Below are positions 44,886 to 55,161 of a stretch of DNA of 64,000 nucleotides, one piece after another. Source of the stretch: Nitrospirota bacterium (lineage in GTDB: Bacteria > Nitrospirota > UBA9217); the NCBI GenBank assembly GCA_029858565.1, contig JAOUEV010000001.1, positions 107,420-171,419 on the forward strand, written 5' to 3'. The notes beneath the pieces are model-generated. The model was not told the origin of the DNA and did not search any database. It saw only the letters and a program-made list of their open reading frames with translations. Each line of letters begins with the position of its first letter. Positions within the stretch are counted from its first letter, which is position 1. The position numbers were made by a program, and so were the translations under genes.

Positions 44886-45383
44886 CTACTTGAGCTTCTT
44901 GATCACCGCACGCAGGATGTCCGCCCGCGTCAGGATCCCGATCAGTTTCCCCTTCTCATCCACTACCGGCAAGCGCCGGATCTTCTTGTCGTCCATGATC
45001 TCCACGGCTTTCGAGACGTTCATGTCCGGTCTGATCGTCTGGGGCTTCCCGGTCATGATGTCGCCGACCGTATCTCCGATCCTGCGCTCCGGCAGCCGTT
45101 CGCCGAGCATGTACTTCAGCAGGTCCTTGACCGTATGCGCCTTTCCCATGCCGAGCATCGAAAGCACATCCGCCTGGGTAATGATCCCGAGGAGCTTGTA
45201 GTCGCGGTCCACGACCGGCAGTCCGCTGATGTTCCGCTCGGTCAGGATATGCGCGACATTCACGATGGTGTCGTACTTCTGGACCGTCAGGACCCCGCGG
45301 GTCATCACGTCCTGCACCAGGATCTCCTGGCCCATGGAGGAACGGAGGTGGCTGTCTGCGGGTTTGAGAGCTTTCTTCGGCAT
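44886..45383 (-). CDS. CBS domain pair protein
   Basis: two CBS motifs (ILTERNISGLPVVD, IMDDKKIRRLPVVDEKGKLIGILTRADIL). Confidence 0.75.
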   Translation of the reverse strand: MPKKALKPADSHLRSSMGQEILVQDVMTRGVLTVQKYDTIVNVAHILTERNISGLPVVDRDYKLLGIITQADVLSMLGMGKAHTVKDLLKYMLGERLPERRIGDTVGDIMTGKPQTIRPDMNVSKAVEIMDDKKIRRLPVVDEKGKLIGILTRADILRAVIKKLK

Positions 45384-45582
45384 GGCACGCTCCTGCGCTG
45401 AAAATAAGAACTCCGCCGCAATTCCGCGACGATAGCTGATCTAACGGTGCATACTATACCATCCCGAAGGGCTCAAGAAAAGAGGGAAATGAAGGATTGA
45501 CGGGGCAACCGCTGCAGAGCGCCTGTTGATCGCAAAAAGGGGTTGTCTTTACCCACAAGATCGAAGTCGTCGGAAACAGCGG

Positions 45583-46383
45583 CTATCCATGCTTCTGCGC
45601 GATCTTCTCGAACATCATAACCATGCCCGTGCCGAGCTCGAAGACCGATTCGATGGGAAGATGATCAGCCGCGGTGGAGTCGAAGAATATCTTGAGCATG
45701 GATTCCATGTCCCCGTCAGCATGCCAGTAGCAGAACAGCACCGGCATTTTCGGCAGGGGATAGAGGATGACGGTCACATCAGCGCCAAAGTCGCCGGTGG
45801 ACCGTTTTCCGCCAAAGAGGGTGATGATGTCCTCGAAAAGTTCCGCATGATCATCCGCCAGTTTCGCGAGCGCCTGTTCGGCCCGCCTGTGAAAGAGCGG
45901 TCCGCGCTGGTTTGCGCCGGCCAATTCCCGGAAAGGGATCCAGTTTCCTGATGGGGTCGTGCCCTTGCTATGGACGACGTAGCCGAGCAGCGGGATGACA
46001 AGGCCGCTGTGGGTGTGGCATTCTGATGCGACGCTCCCTTCCGCATCCACTGAGAAGTCCCTGCCCAGACAACGTACGATCAGTTTGCCTGCCTCAAAGC
46101 GTCCTGCCAGGCGGCCAGCTGATGAAGCGAGATCGACCTCTTTCATCCTCGAGCGCAGCTCTTCAACGATACCTGACCGTATCTTGTCGATGTCCGGCAG
46201 CACCTCGACCAGATCAATGATCTGCTGCGCATCCTCCCTGGCCAGATGCGGGCAGCTGGTGACCGTGCGCTCGGCTTTAAGCACTGCGGTCGCAAAGGCG
46301 AAACAGGACGGGAAACCACAGTCCCTGCAGTTGGTCTGCGGGAGTCTGCGGTAGATGTCTAGGGGGCTTTTGAGAGGGGGCAT
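45583..46383 (-). CDS. putative Fe-S cluster-binding domain protein with DUF3786-like C-terminal region
   Basis: N-terminal CRDCGFPSCFAFA motif; start set at MPPLK because the upstream codons are encoded by palindromic repeat copy C. Confidence 0.5.
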   Translation of the reverse strand: MPPLKSPLDIYRRLPQTNCRDCGFPSCFAFATAVLKAERTVTSCPHLAREDAQQIIDLVEVLPDIDKIRSGIVEELRSRMKEVDLASSAGRLAGRFEAGKLIVRCLGRDFSVDAEGSVASECHTHSGLVIPLLGYVVHSKGTTPSGNWIPFRELAGANQRGPLFHRRAEQALAKLADDHAELFEDIITLFGGKRSTGDFGADVTVILYPLPKMPVLFCYWHADGDMESMLKIFFDSTAADHLPIESVFELGTGMVMMFEKIAQKHG

Positions 46384-46437
46384 GGAAAGGACAAAGGTAT
46401 TAAGATTTAGGCGCAAACCAACAAAAGAAAATCTTTT

Positions 46438-46531
46438 TCTCGCGCAAAGACGCCAAGCCGCAAAGAAAGGCAATATCAAACCAAGTCATCTGGTTAAAAT
46501 TTTCTTCGCGCCTTTGCGGCTTTGCGCGAGA
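46438..46531. repeat. palindromic intergenic element copy C (TCTCGCGCAAAGACGCCAAGCCGCAAAGAAAGG ... CGCGCCTTTGCGGCTTTGCGCGAGA)
   Basis: about 30-nt inverted arms, 35-nt loop; closest to copy B. Confidence 0.7.
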
Positions 46532-46567
46532 CGCCTTTTATCATTTAGTCCGTTACGAAAGGAAGTG

Positions 46568-47407
46568 TTATGCGCCTTTTATCTGCCCGCCCCATTCCTT
46601 CAAATGCCCGGTGATGAAGGCGATGATCTTCTCATGCTCCTCATCACCCCGTCCCTGGATCGTCATGGGTTCGCCAAAGGTGAAGTGGACCTTTTTCTCC
46701 GGATCGATCTTCCCGAAATCCTTGATCAGTTTCCCGTTGCCCCAGGCGTCGGTCAGGAGCGCGATAGGGACCACCGGGACGCCTGCGCGTTTCGCGAGCT
46801 TGATGCCGATGGTGTTGAACTCAGCGGGGTCGAACATGGCGCTGCGCGTGGTCTGGGGGAACACAATTATCGAAGTGCCGTTCTTCAGCCGCTCCGAACC
46901 GCCTTCCATGACAATGCGGAAATCGTCGCGCGCGTTGGTCCTGCCCACGGTAATGGGATCACGGGTGCGCATGATGTGCTTAAACACGGGATAGTCCACC
47001 AGGCTCTGTTTCACCACAAAGGTGCAATGTTTGACCGGCTCGATGATCATGGGGAGCACGAAGGTCTCCAGGGTGCTCATGTGATTGCCGATGAACACGC
47101 AGGGTCCGTTAACGCCCCGGAGGTTGTCGATCCCTGTCACCTCGAACCGGACTCCTACGTTCTCAAGGGCGCGGAGGGTGTTAAAGCTGTTCTCGCACCA
47201 CTCGGCGTCGGCGTAGCGGCCGCGCTTTGCCCTGGAGCTCCCGCTGAACACGATTTTCAGGAGGTCGACGTAGAACGGCAGGCCCGGGGCCATGCGGCCG
47301 ATGATCGAGGGGGCGACCGGCGCGGTCCGATACGCGCCGTTCTCATAGGTCAGGGTCAGCACGAGGGGGTCTCCTTGGACATCGGAAGATCGCTGCAACG
47401 GGTTCAA
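46568..47407 (-). CDS. lysophospholipid (1-acyl-sn-glycerol-3-phosphate) acyltransferase family protein
   Basis: HxxxxD acyltransferase motif (NHMSTLETF), FPQTTRS block. Confidence 0.75.
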   Translation of the reverse strand: MNPLQRSSDVQGDPLVLTLTYENGAYRTAPVAPSIIGRMAPGLPFYVDLLKIVFSGSSRAKRGRYADAEWCENSFNTLRALENVGVRFEVTGIDNLRGVNGPCVFIGNHMSTLETFVLPMIIEPVKHCTFVVKQSLVDYPVFKHIMRTRDPITVGRTNARDDFRIVMEGGSERLKNGTSIIVFPQTTRSAMFDPAEFNTIGIKLAKRAGVPVVPIALLTDAWGNGKLIKDFGKIDPEKKVHFTFGEPMTIQGRGDEEHEKIIAFITGHLKEWGGQIKGA

Positions 47408-47453
47408 TATACCATCCGGCAGGGGACATGGAAAGAGGGAAGTGCGTAAGGGT

Positions 47454-48959
47454 TTATATCAGGTCGGGCGACGGGCGCTTGATGTAATATCCCTGTGCGT
47501 AATGGATGCCTGCGGTCCTGACCTGGTCCAGGATGCCCTCGGACTCCACGTATTCGGCGATGGTCTTGATCTTAAGACGGTTTGCGAGGGCGGCGATGCT
47601 CGTGACGATCTCCTTCTCGATCGAGCCTCCGCCGTGAAGGGTCCTGATGAACTCGCCGTCGACCTTGAGGAAGTCCACGTCAAAGGTCTTGAGATAATGG
47701 AACGAGGAATAGCCCGCGCCGAAGTCGTCGATGGCGAAGCGGAAACCCTCGTCCTTGAGCTTGCGGACGAAATCCTCGATCAGGCTGACGTTCTTGACCG
47801 TGTCCCGCTCGGTGATCTCGAAGACCATGCTCGCCGGGGGGATGTCGTAGTCCCTGAACAGCGCCTTGAGCGTGGGAATGAAATCGGCGATCACCAGCGC
47901 TTTGGGCGAAAGGTTCAGGAATAGCGTGCCCGGATAGTTCCGCTCCTTCACGATGGTGAAGGCCCGCTCGATGAGCTGGTAATCGATCTTGCCGATTGCG
48001 CCCATGTTCTCGGCTGCCTCGATGAAGTCGGCCGCGGGGATGATCTTGTCGTCCACGATGATGCGGGTCAGCACTTCGTAGGCCAGGACGCTCTTGTCGT
48101 CCACGCTGACGATGGGCTGGAAATAGGGGACGATCTTTTTTCTCTTATGGCTGTGGATGGCGTCAAGGATCATGATGCTCGTTTCCCCGAGGTTCTTGAT
48201 CATATCCACGTTGTCCCGCTCGCTCGGAAAAGCCATATGGTCCTTGCCCGAGGTCTTTGCCTGGGCGAGCATGCTGTCCGCCAGCATGAAGAGGTCCCGG
48301 GCATCCTGAGCATGGCTGGGGAAGACCGCCACCCCGATGGAGATCGTTTCCTGCATTACCGCTCCGTCCGGCAGGGTGATAGAATGGTTTCGCAGGCTTT
48401 CCATGATACGATGGGCGACCACATAGGCCTGCTCTTCGTCGCAGACCGGCAGAATGGCCGTGAAGTTGTCACCGCCGAACCGCGCCGGGATGTCTCCCTT
48501 GCGGACGGCCGCCCTGAGGATGGCGGAAAAATCCCTGAGGAATCGGTCCCCGATCTCATGGCCGTAAGTGTCGTTGATGATCTTGAAATTGTCCACGTCG
48601 ATGTGGAGGAGCGAGAACTTGTACTGCTGCCGGCGGGAGCGCTGGGTCTCGTACTGAAGCAGGTCCCAGAAGGTGCGTTGGTTGTACAAACCCGTGAGCG
48701 CGTCGCGGGTCGCGGATTCTTTCGCCTCGTCCGAGTAGCGGTTCAGCGCGCGCATGAGAAAAAGATTGCTGATGATCGGGAACGGCGCGAAACAGAGCAG
48801 GAGGACCGTCATGGTCTTTCGCGGCAGCCAGGTCGTCTCCCTGCCGCTGAACAGCACGGCGGCCGCGGCAGCGATCAGAAGAAGGGTCAGAAAGATCGCG
48901 CCTATAAACAAGCACATCTTGATCTTTTTGAGGTTTTTTTCGCTTTTTGGTTCCGGCAT
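47454..48959 (-). CDS. membrane-anchored GGDEF-EAL (diguanylate cyclase/phosphodiesterase) protein
   Basis: N-terminal TM helices, GGDEF variant RFGGDNFTAILP, EAL domain (EVLTRI, DDFGAGYSS, EGVE); start set at MPEPKSEK (ATG 48959). Confidence 0.85.
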   Translation of the reverse strand: MPEPKSEKNLKKIKMCLFIGAIFLTLLLIAAAAAVLFSGRETTWLPRKTMTVLLLCFAPFPIISNLFLMRALNRYSDEAKESATRDALTGLYNQRTFWDLLQYETQRSRRQQYKFSLLHIDVDNFKIINDTYGHEIGDRFLRDFSAILRAAVRKGDIPARFGGDNFTAILPVCDEEQAYVVAHRIMESLRNHSITLPDGAVMQETISIGVAVFPSHAQDARDLFMLADSMLAQAKTSGKDHMAFPSERDNVDMIKNLGETSIMILDAIHSHKRKKIVPYFQPIVSVDDKSVLAYEVLTRIIVDDKIIPAADFIEAAENMGAIGKIDYQLIERAFTIVKERNYPGTLFLNLSPKALVIADFIPTLKALFRDYDIPPASMVFEITERDTVKNVSLIEDFVRKLKDEGFRFAIDDFGAGYSSFHYLKTFDVDFLKVDGEFIRTLHGGGSIEKEIVTSIAALANRLKIKTIAEYVESEGILDQVRTAGIHYAQGYYIKRPSPDLI

Positions 48960-49125
48960 GGAACAATGAACTCCCCGCAACAGATCGTATTTAGAGAATA
49001 GCCGTGAAGCCTGATCTTTGTCAACCCCGCGGATGAAATAATACAAGACATACTTGTACACCTCGAACGTGCATGGCCGATCCGGGGCAGGAGGCGGGCA
49101 GGGGGAGAAAAAACTTGCGTGAGCG

Positions 49126-50706
49126 ATGGAAAAAAGGGACAATGGCGCCATGTTGATCGGGTCATTGAAGCGGGCGGTCGCCCAGATGGTCATGCCGCGC
49201 ATTGACGGCGAAAAGCTTGCAGATGCCGCGTATCGGGGAGAGATACATAAGCTTGCCGAGGAAGGTATCGGCGGGTTCATTCTCTTTGGCGGAGACATCA
49301 AAAGCACGCCTGCCTACCTTGCGGAGCTGCAGGCCAAGGCGGAGCACCGCTTGCTCATCTCCTCGGATGTGGAGCGGGGGCTTGGGCAGCAGCTTGCCGG
49401 CGGGACCCGGTTTCCCAGCCAGCGGGCCGTGTCAGCGGCGATCGACCGGCGGTCGAAAAAGGACAGCGATCTCCTGAACCGCATGCTCGACGCGGTCAGG
49501 ACGGAGTCCCGGGCAGCGGGGATCCATATCGTGTTCTCGCCGGTCATGGATGTGAACAACAATCCCGACAATCCCATTATCTGCACCCGCGCCTTTGGCG
49601 ATGATCCGCAGACCGTGGAGTGGTTCGGCAAGCAGTATATCCGGAGGCTCCAGAAGCCCCGTTCCAACGGTGACCTCGACCTTCTTGCCTGCGCCAAGCA
49701 TTTTCCCGGCCACGGGGACACGGACCAGGATTCTCACTCCGTTCTTCCGGTGATCCGCGCGGACAAGGCAAGGCTGAACCGGGTGGAGCTGCCGCCGTTC
49801 CGCGAGGCGGTCAAGGACGGCGTGGGTACGGTGATGATCGCCCACCTCTTGGTGCCGGCGCTCGATCCGACAAAACCGGTGACCTTCTCGAAAAAGGTGG
49901 TGACCGCGCTGCTTCGCGAAGGCATGGCCTTCGAAGGGCTCATCGTATCCGACGCGCTGGACATGGGAGCCCTGGCGAACGAATATCCCCAGGGCGAGAT
50001 CGCGATCCGCGCTGTAGAGGCCGGTATGGACATCCTGCTTCATCCCGTGGACGCCCGAGTGACCGTGGAAGCGGTCGTGCGTGCCGTGGAGCAGGGAAGG
50101 CTCACCCAGGAGCGAATCCAGGAATCCGTGGACCGGATCATGGGGATGAAGAAGAAACTGGGGATCTTGAATGATGCTGCACCAGTGAATGCGAAGCTCG
50201 ACTATGAAAAACACCGCAAGATAGCGCAGGAGATCTCCCGCAGGGCGGTCACCGTGGTGCGGGGGAGCAAAGGGATGCTTCCCCTTGATGCTGATAAAGG
50301 CGCGGCATGCTTCATCCTGGATGACGATTCCCAGGGCAGAGGCGAAGCATTCCAGCAGGAACTGATGGCGCGATTCGTCGACGCGACAGTGACCACGCTT
50401 ACCCCGGACGCATGTGAAGCCGCTTTGTCATCCCATCTGGATATCAGCAGAGCCGGCGCTGCGGTGATCGCCATATTCTCCCGCATATCCGCTTCCAAGG
50501 GCAGGTCCGGCATCTCGCCGAAGCTTCGGGACGCGGCAATCGAGCTGCTGAAGCGCGCGAAAGCCGCGGGAAAGCCATCGGTGGTCATTTCATTCGACAG
50601 CCCTTATATTCTGGACCAGTTCAAGGACGCTGGCCTGCATATCGCCTGCTATGACCGGATGGACGAGATACAGAGGGCGGCAGCAGAGAAACTAGTAAAG
50701 GGCTAA
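49126..50706 (+). CDS. nagZ: glycoside hydrolase family 3 beta-N-acetylhexosaminidase (NagZ-like) with C-terminal extra domain
   Basis: GH3 N-terminal motifs (KHFPGHGDTDQDSH, SDALDMGA); 526 aa. Confidence 0.85.
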   Translation: MEKRDNGAMLIGSLKRAVAQMVMPRIDGEKLADAAYRGEIHKLAEEGIGGFILFGGDIKSTPAYLAELQAKAEHRLLISSDVERGLGQQLAGGTRFPSQRAVSAAIDRRSKKDSDLLNRMLDAVRTESRAAGIHIVFSPVMDVNNNPDNPIICTRAFGDDPQTVEWFGKQYIRRLQKPRSNGDLDLLACAKHFPGHGDTDQDSHSVLPVIRADKARLNRVELPPFREAVKDGVGTVMIAHLLVPALDPTKPVTFSKKVVTALLREGMAFEGLIVSDALDMGALANEYPQGEIAIRAVEAGMDILLHPVDARVTVEAVVRAVEQGRLTQERIQESVDRIMGMKKKLGILNDAAPVNAKLDYEKHRKIAQEISRRAVTVVRGSKGMLPLDADKGAACFILDDDSQGRGEAFQQELMARFVDATVTTLTPDACEAALSSHLDISRAGAAVIAIFSRISASKGRSGISPKLRDAAIELLKRAKAAGKPSVVISFDSPYILDQFKDAGLHIACYDRMDEIQRAAAEKLVKG

Positions 50707-50904
50707 GAAGAACAAAGAAGGGCTAGAGGGGTAATGGGCTAGGGTCAGGAGTAAGGCGTAAGGGGTAAGTAACCTCCAAAGAGACGCAAGCTGTGTCCGT
50801 CATTCCCGCGCAGGCGGGAATCCAGGTTCTGTGCTTTTCTCTGCGCCTCCGCGTCTCTGCGCGAGATGCTTTGGTTTTGAGTCAGCGATTATGCTCTCTA
50901 TCAC

Positions 50905-51555
50905 ATGGCAACGATACTAATTATCTTCCTCTTCTTCGCGCTTATCCACAGCATCACGGTCTCCCATCGATTCAAGAACCTCTGCAAACAGCTTTTCGGG
51001 GAAAAGTTCCTGCGAGTCTGGTACCGGTTCCTGTATACCTCGGTGAGCGGGTTGACCGCAGCCATAGCAGTGTGCCTGATAGCCCAGGCGCCGGACCGTC
51101 ATCTCTGGACAGCTCCGTCATGGCTCCGCTGGACCATGCACGGGATACAGATCGCAGGTTTTGTTTTCGGCGCAAAAGCCTTTGACTATCTGGACAAGTG
51201 GGAGTTCTTGGGGTTCCGCCAGGTGTTGCGGTATCTCCGGTCCGGCGAGGTCAGCGGAAATGTCGAAGGCCTGACCGACAGGGAATTGGCCACTACGGGA
51301 GTCTACGGCATCGTGCGTCATCCGCTCTATGTGGCGGGCATTGTGATATTCACGTTCAGCCCTGTCATTACCGTGAATGGACTCCTGATCACCGTCCTGG
51401 CGGACCTGTATTTCCTCTTCGGTATGTTTATCGAAGAAAAACGCTTCCTTCGCATCTTTGGCGACCGGTATCGGGAATATATGCTGAGAGTTCCAAGGAT
51501 GCTGCCCCGGCTAAGAAAGAATGCGGAGAAGGAACACCCCCGTACCTCTGCCTGA
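50905..51555 (+). CDS. isoprenylcysteine carboxyl methyltransferase (ICMT)/phospholipid methyltransferase family membrane protein
   Basis: 5 TM helices; C-terminal conserved block GVYGIVRHPLYVAGIVIF...EEKRFL...YREYMLRVPR. Confidence 0.6.
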   Translation: MATILIIFLFFALIHSITVSHRFKNLCKQLFGEKFLRVWYRFLYTSVSGLTAAIAVCLIAQAPDRHLWTAPSWLRWTMHGIQIAGFVFGAKAFDYLDKWEFLGFRQVLRYLRSGEVSGNVEGLTDRELATTGVYGIVRHPLYVAGIVIFTFSPVITVNGLLITVLADLYFLFGMFIEEKRFLRIFGDRYREYMLRVPRMLPRLRKNAEKEHPRTSA

Positions 51556-51651
51556 GATTATCCGTGGCTTCTGATTTCCCTTCGCAGTGACCGCTATCCA
51601 TGATCAGCAACCTCATTTGACCTCCAATGACATGTTGACCTGATCTTTCCG

Positions 51652-52107
51652 TTGACTTTCGTTATTCCCTCAGATATATTACGCTTAATGCCGAACAAAG
51701 ATCACGGGAATAAGACGAAGAGAGTTCATGAACCCGGAGTACATGGCCGGATCTGGATCGACGGTCCCGACGGAGTATTCATCGGTCATGGTCGGGTGGT
51801 CCTGCTCGAACGGATCCGGGAACATGGCTCCATCACCCAGGCCGCCAAGTCCATGGAAATGGCCTATCGCCATGCCTGGGACCTGGTGGACTCCATGAAC
51901 CGCCAGGCCGTGGAACCCTTTGTCGTGGTCGCCACCGGCGGCAGGGGCGGCGGCGGGGCGCAGGTCACCGAAGCGGGTGAAAAGGCGATCAAACTGTTCT
52001 GGAAGCTCCAGGAGGATTTCCGGAAGTTCCTGGAAAAGGAGCAGAGAGCGCTGTTGAAGAAATACCTCGTTCCTATAGACGGAAAGAAGAAGCAAAAGAA
52101 ATGGTAA
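51652..52107 (+). CDS. ModE-like molybdate/tungstate-responsive HTH regulator (N-terminal domain only, no Mop/TOBE domains)
   Basis: GSITQAAKSMEMAYRHAWDLVDSMN helix-turn-helix typical of ModE N-terminal domain; start uncertain (51652 or 51688). Confidence 0.55.
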   Translation: MTFVIPSDILRLMPNKDHGNKTKRVHEPGVHGRIWIDGPDGVFIGHGRVVLLERIREHGSITQAAKSMEMAYRHAWDLVDSMNRQAVEPFVVVATGGRGGGGAQVTEAGEKAIKLFWKLQEDFRKFLEKEQRALLKKYLVPIDGKKKQKKW

Positions 52108-52267
52108 TCACCTGTTCCGGTTTCGCCGGGACACACAGGCGAAGTCAAAGTCGGGGCTGGATTGAAAGTTTGGAAGGATTATCGTTCTGGTTATTCTCCG
52201 TGTCCTCCGTGGCTCCGTGGTAAATAACCGATCTTGCTTTGTATTGATCTTCTGCAGAGGGACCTGC

Positions 52268-53077
52268 ATGAAATGGGTCACGACCTTCGCTTTTGCGGTG
52301 ATGCTCATCAGTACGGCTGCGTTCGCCGAAACGCGCGTCAAGATGGCATCGACCACGAGCACGGAAAATTCAGGGCTCTTCAACTACATACTTCCGCTCT
52401 TTGAGAAAAAGACGGGCATCAAGATCGACGTGGTTGCCGTGGGTACCGGCGCGGCGATCGAGATCGGCAGGCGCGGGGACGCAGACCTGGTGTTCGTGCA
52501 TGCGAAAGAGCAGGAGCTGCAGGCGGTGAAAGAAGGCTACTTCGTGAACCGGCACGATGTGATGTACAACGATTTCATTCTCCTCGGACCGCCCAAGGAC
52601 CCCGCTAAGGTAAAGGGCAGGACGACCGCAATTGACGCTTTTCAGGCCATCGCTGCTTCAGGCGCACGTTTCGTATCCCGGGGAGATCGGTCGGGCACGC
52701 ACACGAAGGAGCTTGCTCTCTGGAAAGCCGCTGCCGTCGACCCCGCGGGCGCAGGGTGGTATCGCGAAGCAGGGCAGGGGATGGAAAAGACCATGCGCAT
52801 CGCTGATGAACTCGGAGCCTATACCCTTGCGGACCGCGGAACCTGGCTTGCCGTCAAGGACAAGGACAAGCTGGACCTGAAGATGCTTTTTGAGGGAGAT
52901 CCTCCGCTGTTCAACCAATACGGCGTCATGGCCGTGAACCCCGAGAAGAGCAGGGGCGTCAACTACAAAGAGGCCATGGCGTTCGTGAACTGGATCATAT
53001 CCAGGGAAGGGCAGGCGGCGATCGCGGCGTTCAGGGACAAGAGCGGCAATCCGCTCTTCATCCCGAACGCAAAATAG
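52268..53077 (+). CDS. tupA: tungstate/molybdate ABC transporter substrate-binding protein (TupA-like)
   Basis: signal peptide; TupA-type motifs (TTSTENSGL, AVGTGAAIEIGRRGDAD, SRGDRSGTH). Confidence 0.8.
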   Translation: MKWVTTFAFAVMLISTAAFAETRVKMASTTSTENSGLFNYILPLFEKKTGIKIDVVAVGTGAAIEIGRRGDADLVFVHAKEQELQAVKEGYFVNRHDVMYNDFILLGPPKDPAKVKGRTTAIDAFQAIAASGARFVSRGDRSGTHTKELALWKAAAVDPAGAGWYREAGQGMEKTMRIADELGAYTLADRGTWLAVKDKDKLDLKMLFEGDPPLFNQYGVMAVNPEKSRGVNYKEAMAFVNWIISREGQAAIAAFRDKSGNPLFIPNAK

Positions 53078-53327
53078 TTCGTCAACTCCGGCGCGGGCCG
53101 GTGCGGAGCAAGGAATGATACCCCCAGTATCCCTCGCCGGTCCGGTCCGCGCCTTTTTTGAAGTGAAAAACAAATCGTGTGAATACCTGATGCAACCACG
53201 GGTCACGGCTGCTTCGTGACAGAGGGACGGACTCAAAACCCTGCAGCTGGCTCCATCTGTGTGCGGCGAAGCCGCCCGTGGTTAAAAGGCCGTTCAAGGT
53301 TCTTTCCGGAAAACGCAGCAAGCATCT

Positions 53328-54032
53328 ATGGATCTATTTCTCCAGGCAATATCCCATGCCTTCAGCCTGATCGTGCATCTCGATCCGGTCCTTACGGGGA
53401 TCATCGTCCTTTCCCTGAAAGTGTCCGGCTACGCACTGATCATAGCGACCGTACTCGGTCTTCCCGCAGGCGCCTTTCTCGGGTTGAAACGGTTTCCGGC
53501 ACGTGACCTGGCGATCAGCACGATCAATACATTCATGGGCCTGCCGCCGGTGGTGGTCGGCCTCTTTCTGTACCTTCTTTTGTCCCGAAAAGGCCCTCTT
53601 GGATTCATGGGACTGCTCTATTCGCCGTCTGCAATGATCATTGCCCAGACGGTCCTGGCGGTCCCCATCGTTACGGCGCTGTGTCACTCAGCGATCATGA
53701 GCGTTGATCCGATCATTCGACAGGCTGCGCGGACCCTCGGCGCCACGGACACCCAGGAGACCCTGGCCGTGATCCGGGAGGCGCGATACGGGATCCTGTC
53801 GGCCCTTCTTGCCGCTTTCGGAAGGGTCATGGCCGAGGTGGGCGCGATCCTGATCGTCGGCGGCAACATCGCGGGATACACACGCGTTATGACCACTACC
53901 ATTGCGCTCGAGACGGACAAGGGCAACTTCGAACTTGCTCTCGCCCTCGGCATCATACTGCTCGCCATATCGTTCCTCGTGAACGCAGCTCTCCACTTTG
54001 TCCGGAAAAAAGGGATGGTCCACACCTCATGA
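53328..54032 (+). CDS. tupB: tungstate ABC transporter permease (TupB-like)
   Basis: 5 TM helices, EAA-like loop (ARTLGAT). Confidence 0.8.
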   Translation: MDLFLQAISHAFSLIVHLDPVLTGIIVLSLKVSGYALIIATVLGLPAGAFLGLKRFPARDLAISTINTFMGLPPVVVGLFLYLLLSRKGPLGFMGLLYSPSAMIIAQTVLAVPIVTALCHSAIMSVDPIIRQAARTLGATDTQETLAVIREARYGILSALLAAFGRVMAEVGAILIVGGNIAGYTRVMTTTIALETDKGNFELALALGIILLAISFLVNAALHFVRKKGMVHTS

Positions 54033-54676
54033 GGCTGATCGCCAGGCATATCAGGAAGGACTACGGCGGCAGGACCGTGCTGAAGGACTGCTCCTATGAG
54101 TTTGATGCGCACGCTGTCTACGCGCTCATGGGGCCGAACGGCTGCGGCAAGTCGACCTTCCTGCGGATCTGCTCCCTGCTCGAACGGCCTGACTCCGGAG
54201 ACGCGCTTTTCTCGGACGGGGCGACGATGCTTCTGCCGGACCTGTCGCTGAGACGACGCATCACGCTGGTGCTCGCGCGGACCGGGGTATTCAACACGAC
54301 GGTCTACCGGAACGCGGCCTACGGACTGTCGATACGGGGGGCGGGGAAGGCAGAAATCGCGCGGAAGGTCAAAGAGGCGCTCAACTTTGTCGGCCTGGGC
54401 CACAAGATCGATCAGCACGCGCGAACTCTTTCAAGCGGGGAGACCCAGCGCCTGGGCATTGCCCGTGCCCTTGCCGTCGAGCCGGAGATACTCTTCCTTG
54501 ATGAGCCCACCGCGTCGGTGGACCAGGAGAACACCGAGATCATCGAGTCGCTCATCATGAAGATGAGGACTGACGGAAAGACCATGGTCATCATGACGAC
54601 CCATGACCGCGACCAGGCTGATCGATTGGCTGACCAGGTTCTTGTGATCAGGGACGGGAGTATCACTCGTCATTAA
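54029..54676 (+). CDS. tupC: ABC transporter ATP-binding protein (TupC-like)
   Basis: Walker A GPNGCGKST, signature LSSGETQRL, Walker B ILFLDEP; 4-nt overlap with tupB. Confidence 0.85.
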   Translation: MRLIARHIRKDYGGRTVLKDCSYEFDAHAVYALMGPNGCGKSTFLRICSLLERPDSGDALFSDGATMLLPDLSLRRRITLVLARTGVFNTTVYRNAAYGLSIRGAGKAEIARKVKEALNFVGLGHKIDQHARTLSSGETQRLGIARALAVEPEILFLDEPTASVDQENTEIIESLIMKMRTDGKTMVIMTTHDRDQADRLADQVLVIRDGSITRH

Positions 54677-54779
54677 CATAGGGTTTGTCTTTCTGTTTAC
54701 GGTCAAGGCCGGGAGATACCAGAAAACGGAAGTTGTGAGTGCTATACTTTGATCAGGGGGCTGATCGGAGGACAGCTAC

Positions 54780-55115
54780 ATGGAGAGCATTCACCGTGCT
54801 GTGGAGGTCGTTTCCCTGGGCGTCAGCATTATCGGGGCCGTGGTCACGATCTGGGGCGTTATTGAAGCTGTCGTTGGCTTCCTTTCCCTGAAGTTCTCCC
54901 GTGCGGGCAAGGACGAGATCGCCATGAGCGAGTTCCTGCGCCAGAAGCTCGGCGCCCATCTGCTGCTCGGGCTGGAGATCTTTATCGCCGCGGACGTGAT
55001 CAGTTCCGTGGTCAGTCCCACCTGGAACAAGGTCGGCCTGCTTGCAGCCATCGTGGCGATCAGGACGGTGCTCAGCTATTTCCTCAGGATGGAAGTGCGC
55101 CAGACGCGGCAGTAG
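54780..55115 (+). CDS. DUF1622-family small membrane protein
   Basis: 111 aa, two-three TM helices, overall similarity to DUF1622. Confidence 0.45.
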   Translation: MESIHRAVEVVSLGVSIIGAVVTIWGVIEAVVGFLSLKFSRAGKDEIAMSEFLRQKLGAHLLLGLEIFIAADVISSVVSPTWNKVGLLAAIVAIRTVLSYFLRMEVRQTRQ

Positions 55116-55161
55116 GCGTTTTTAAGCTAGATTCAGAGAGAGGTGATGTACTGGGTGCTTT

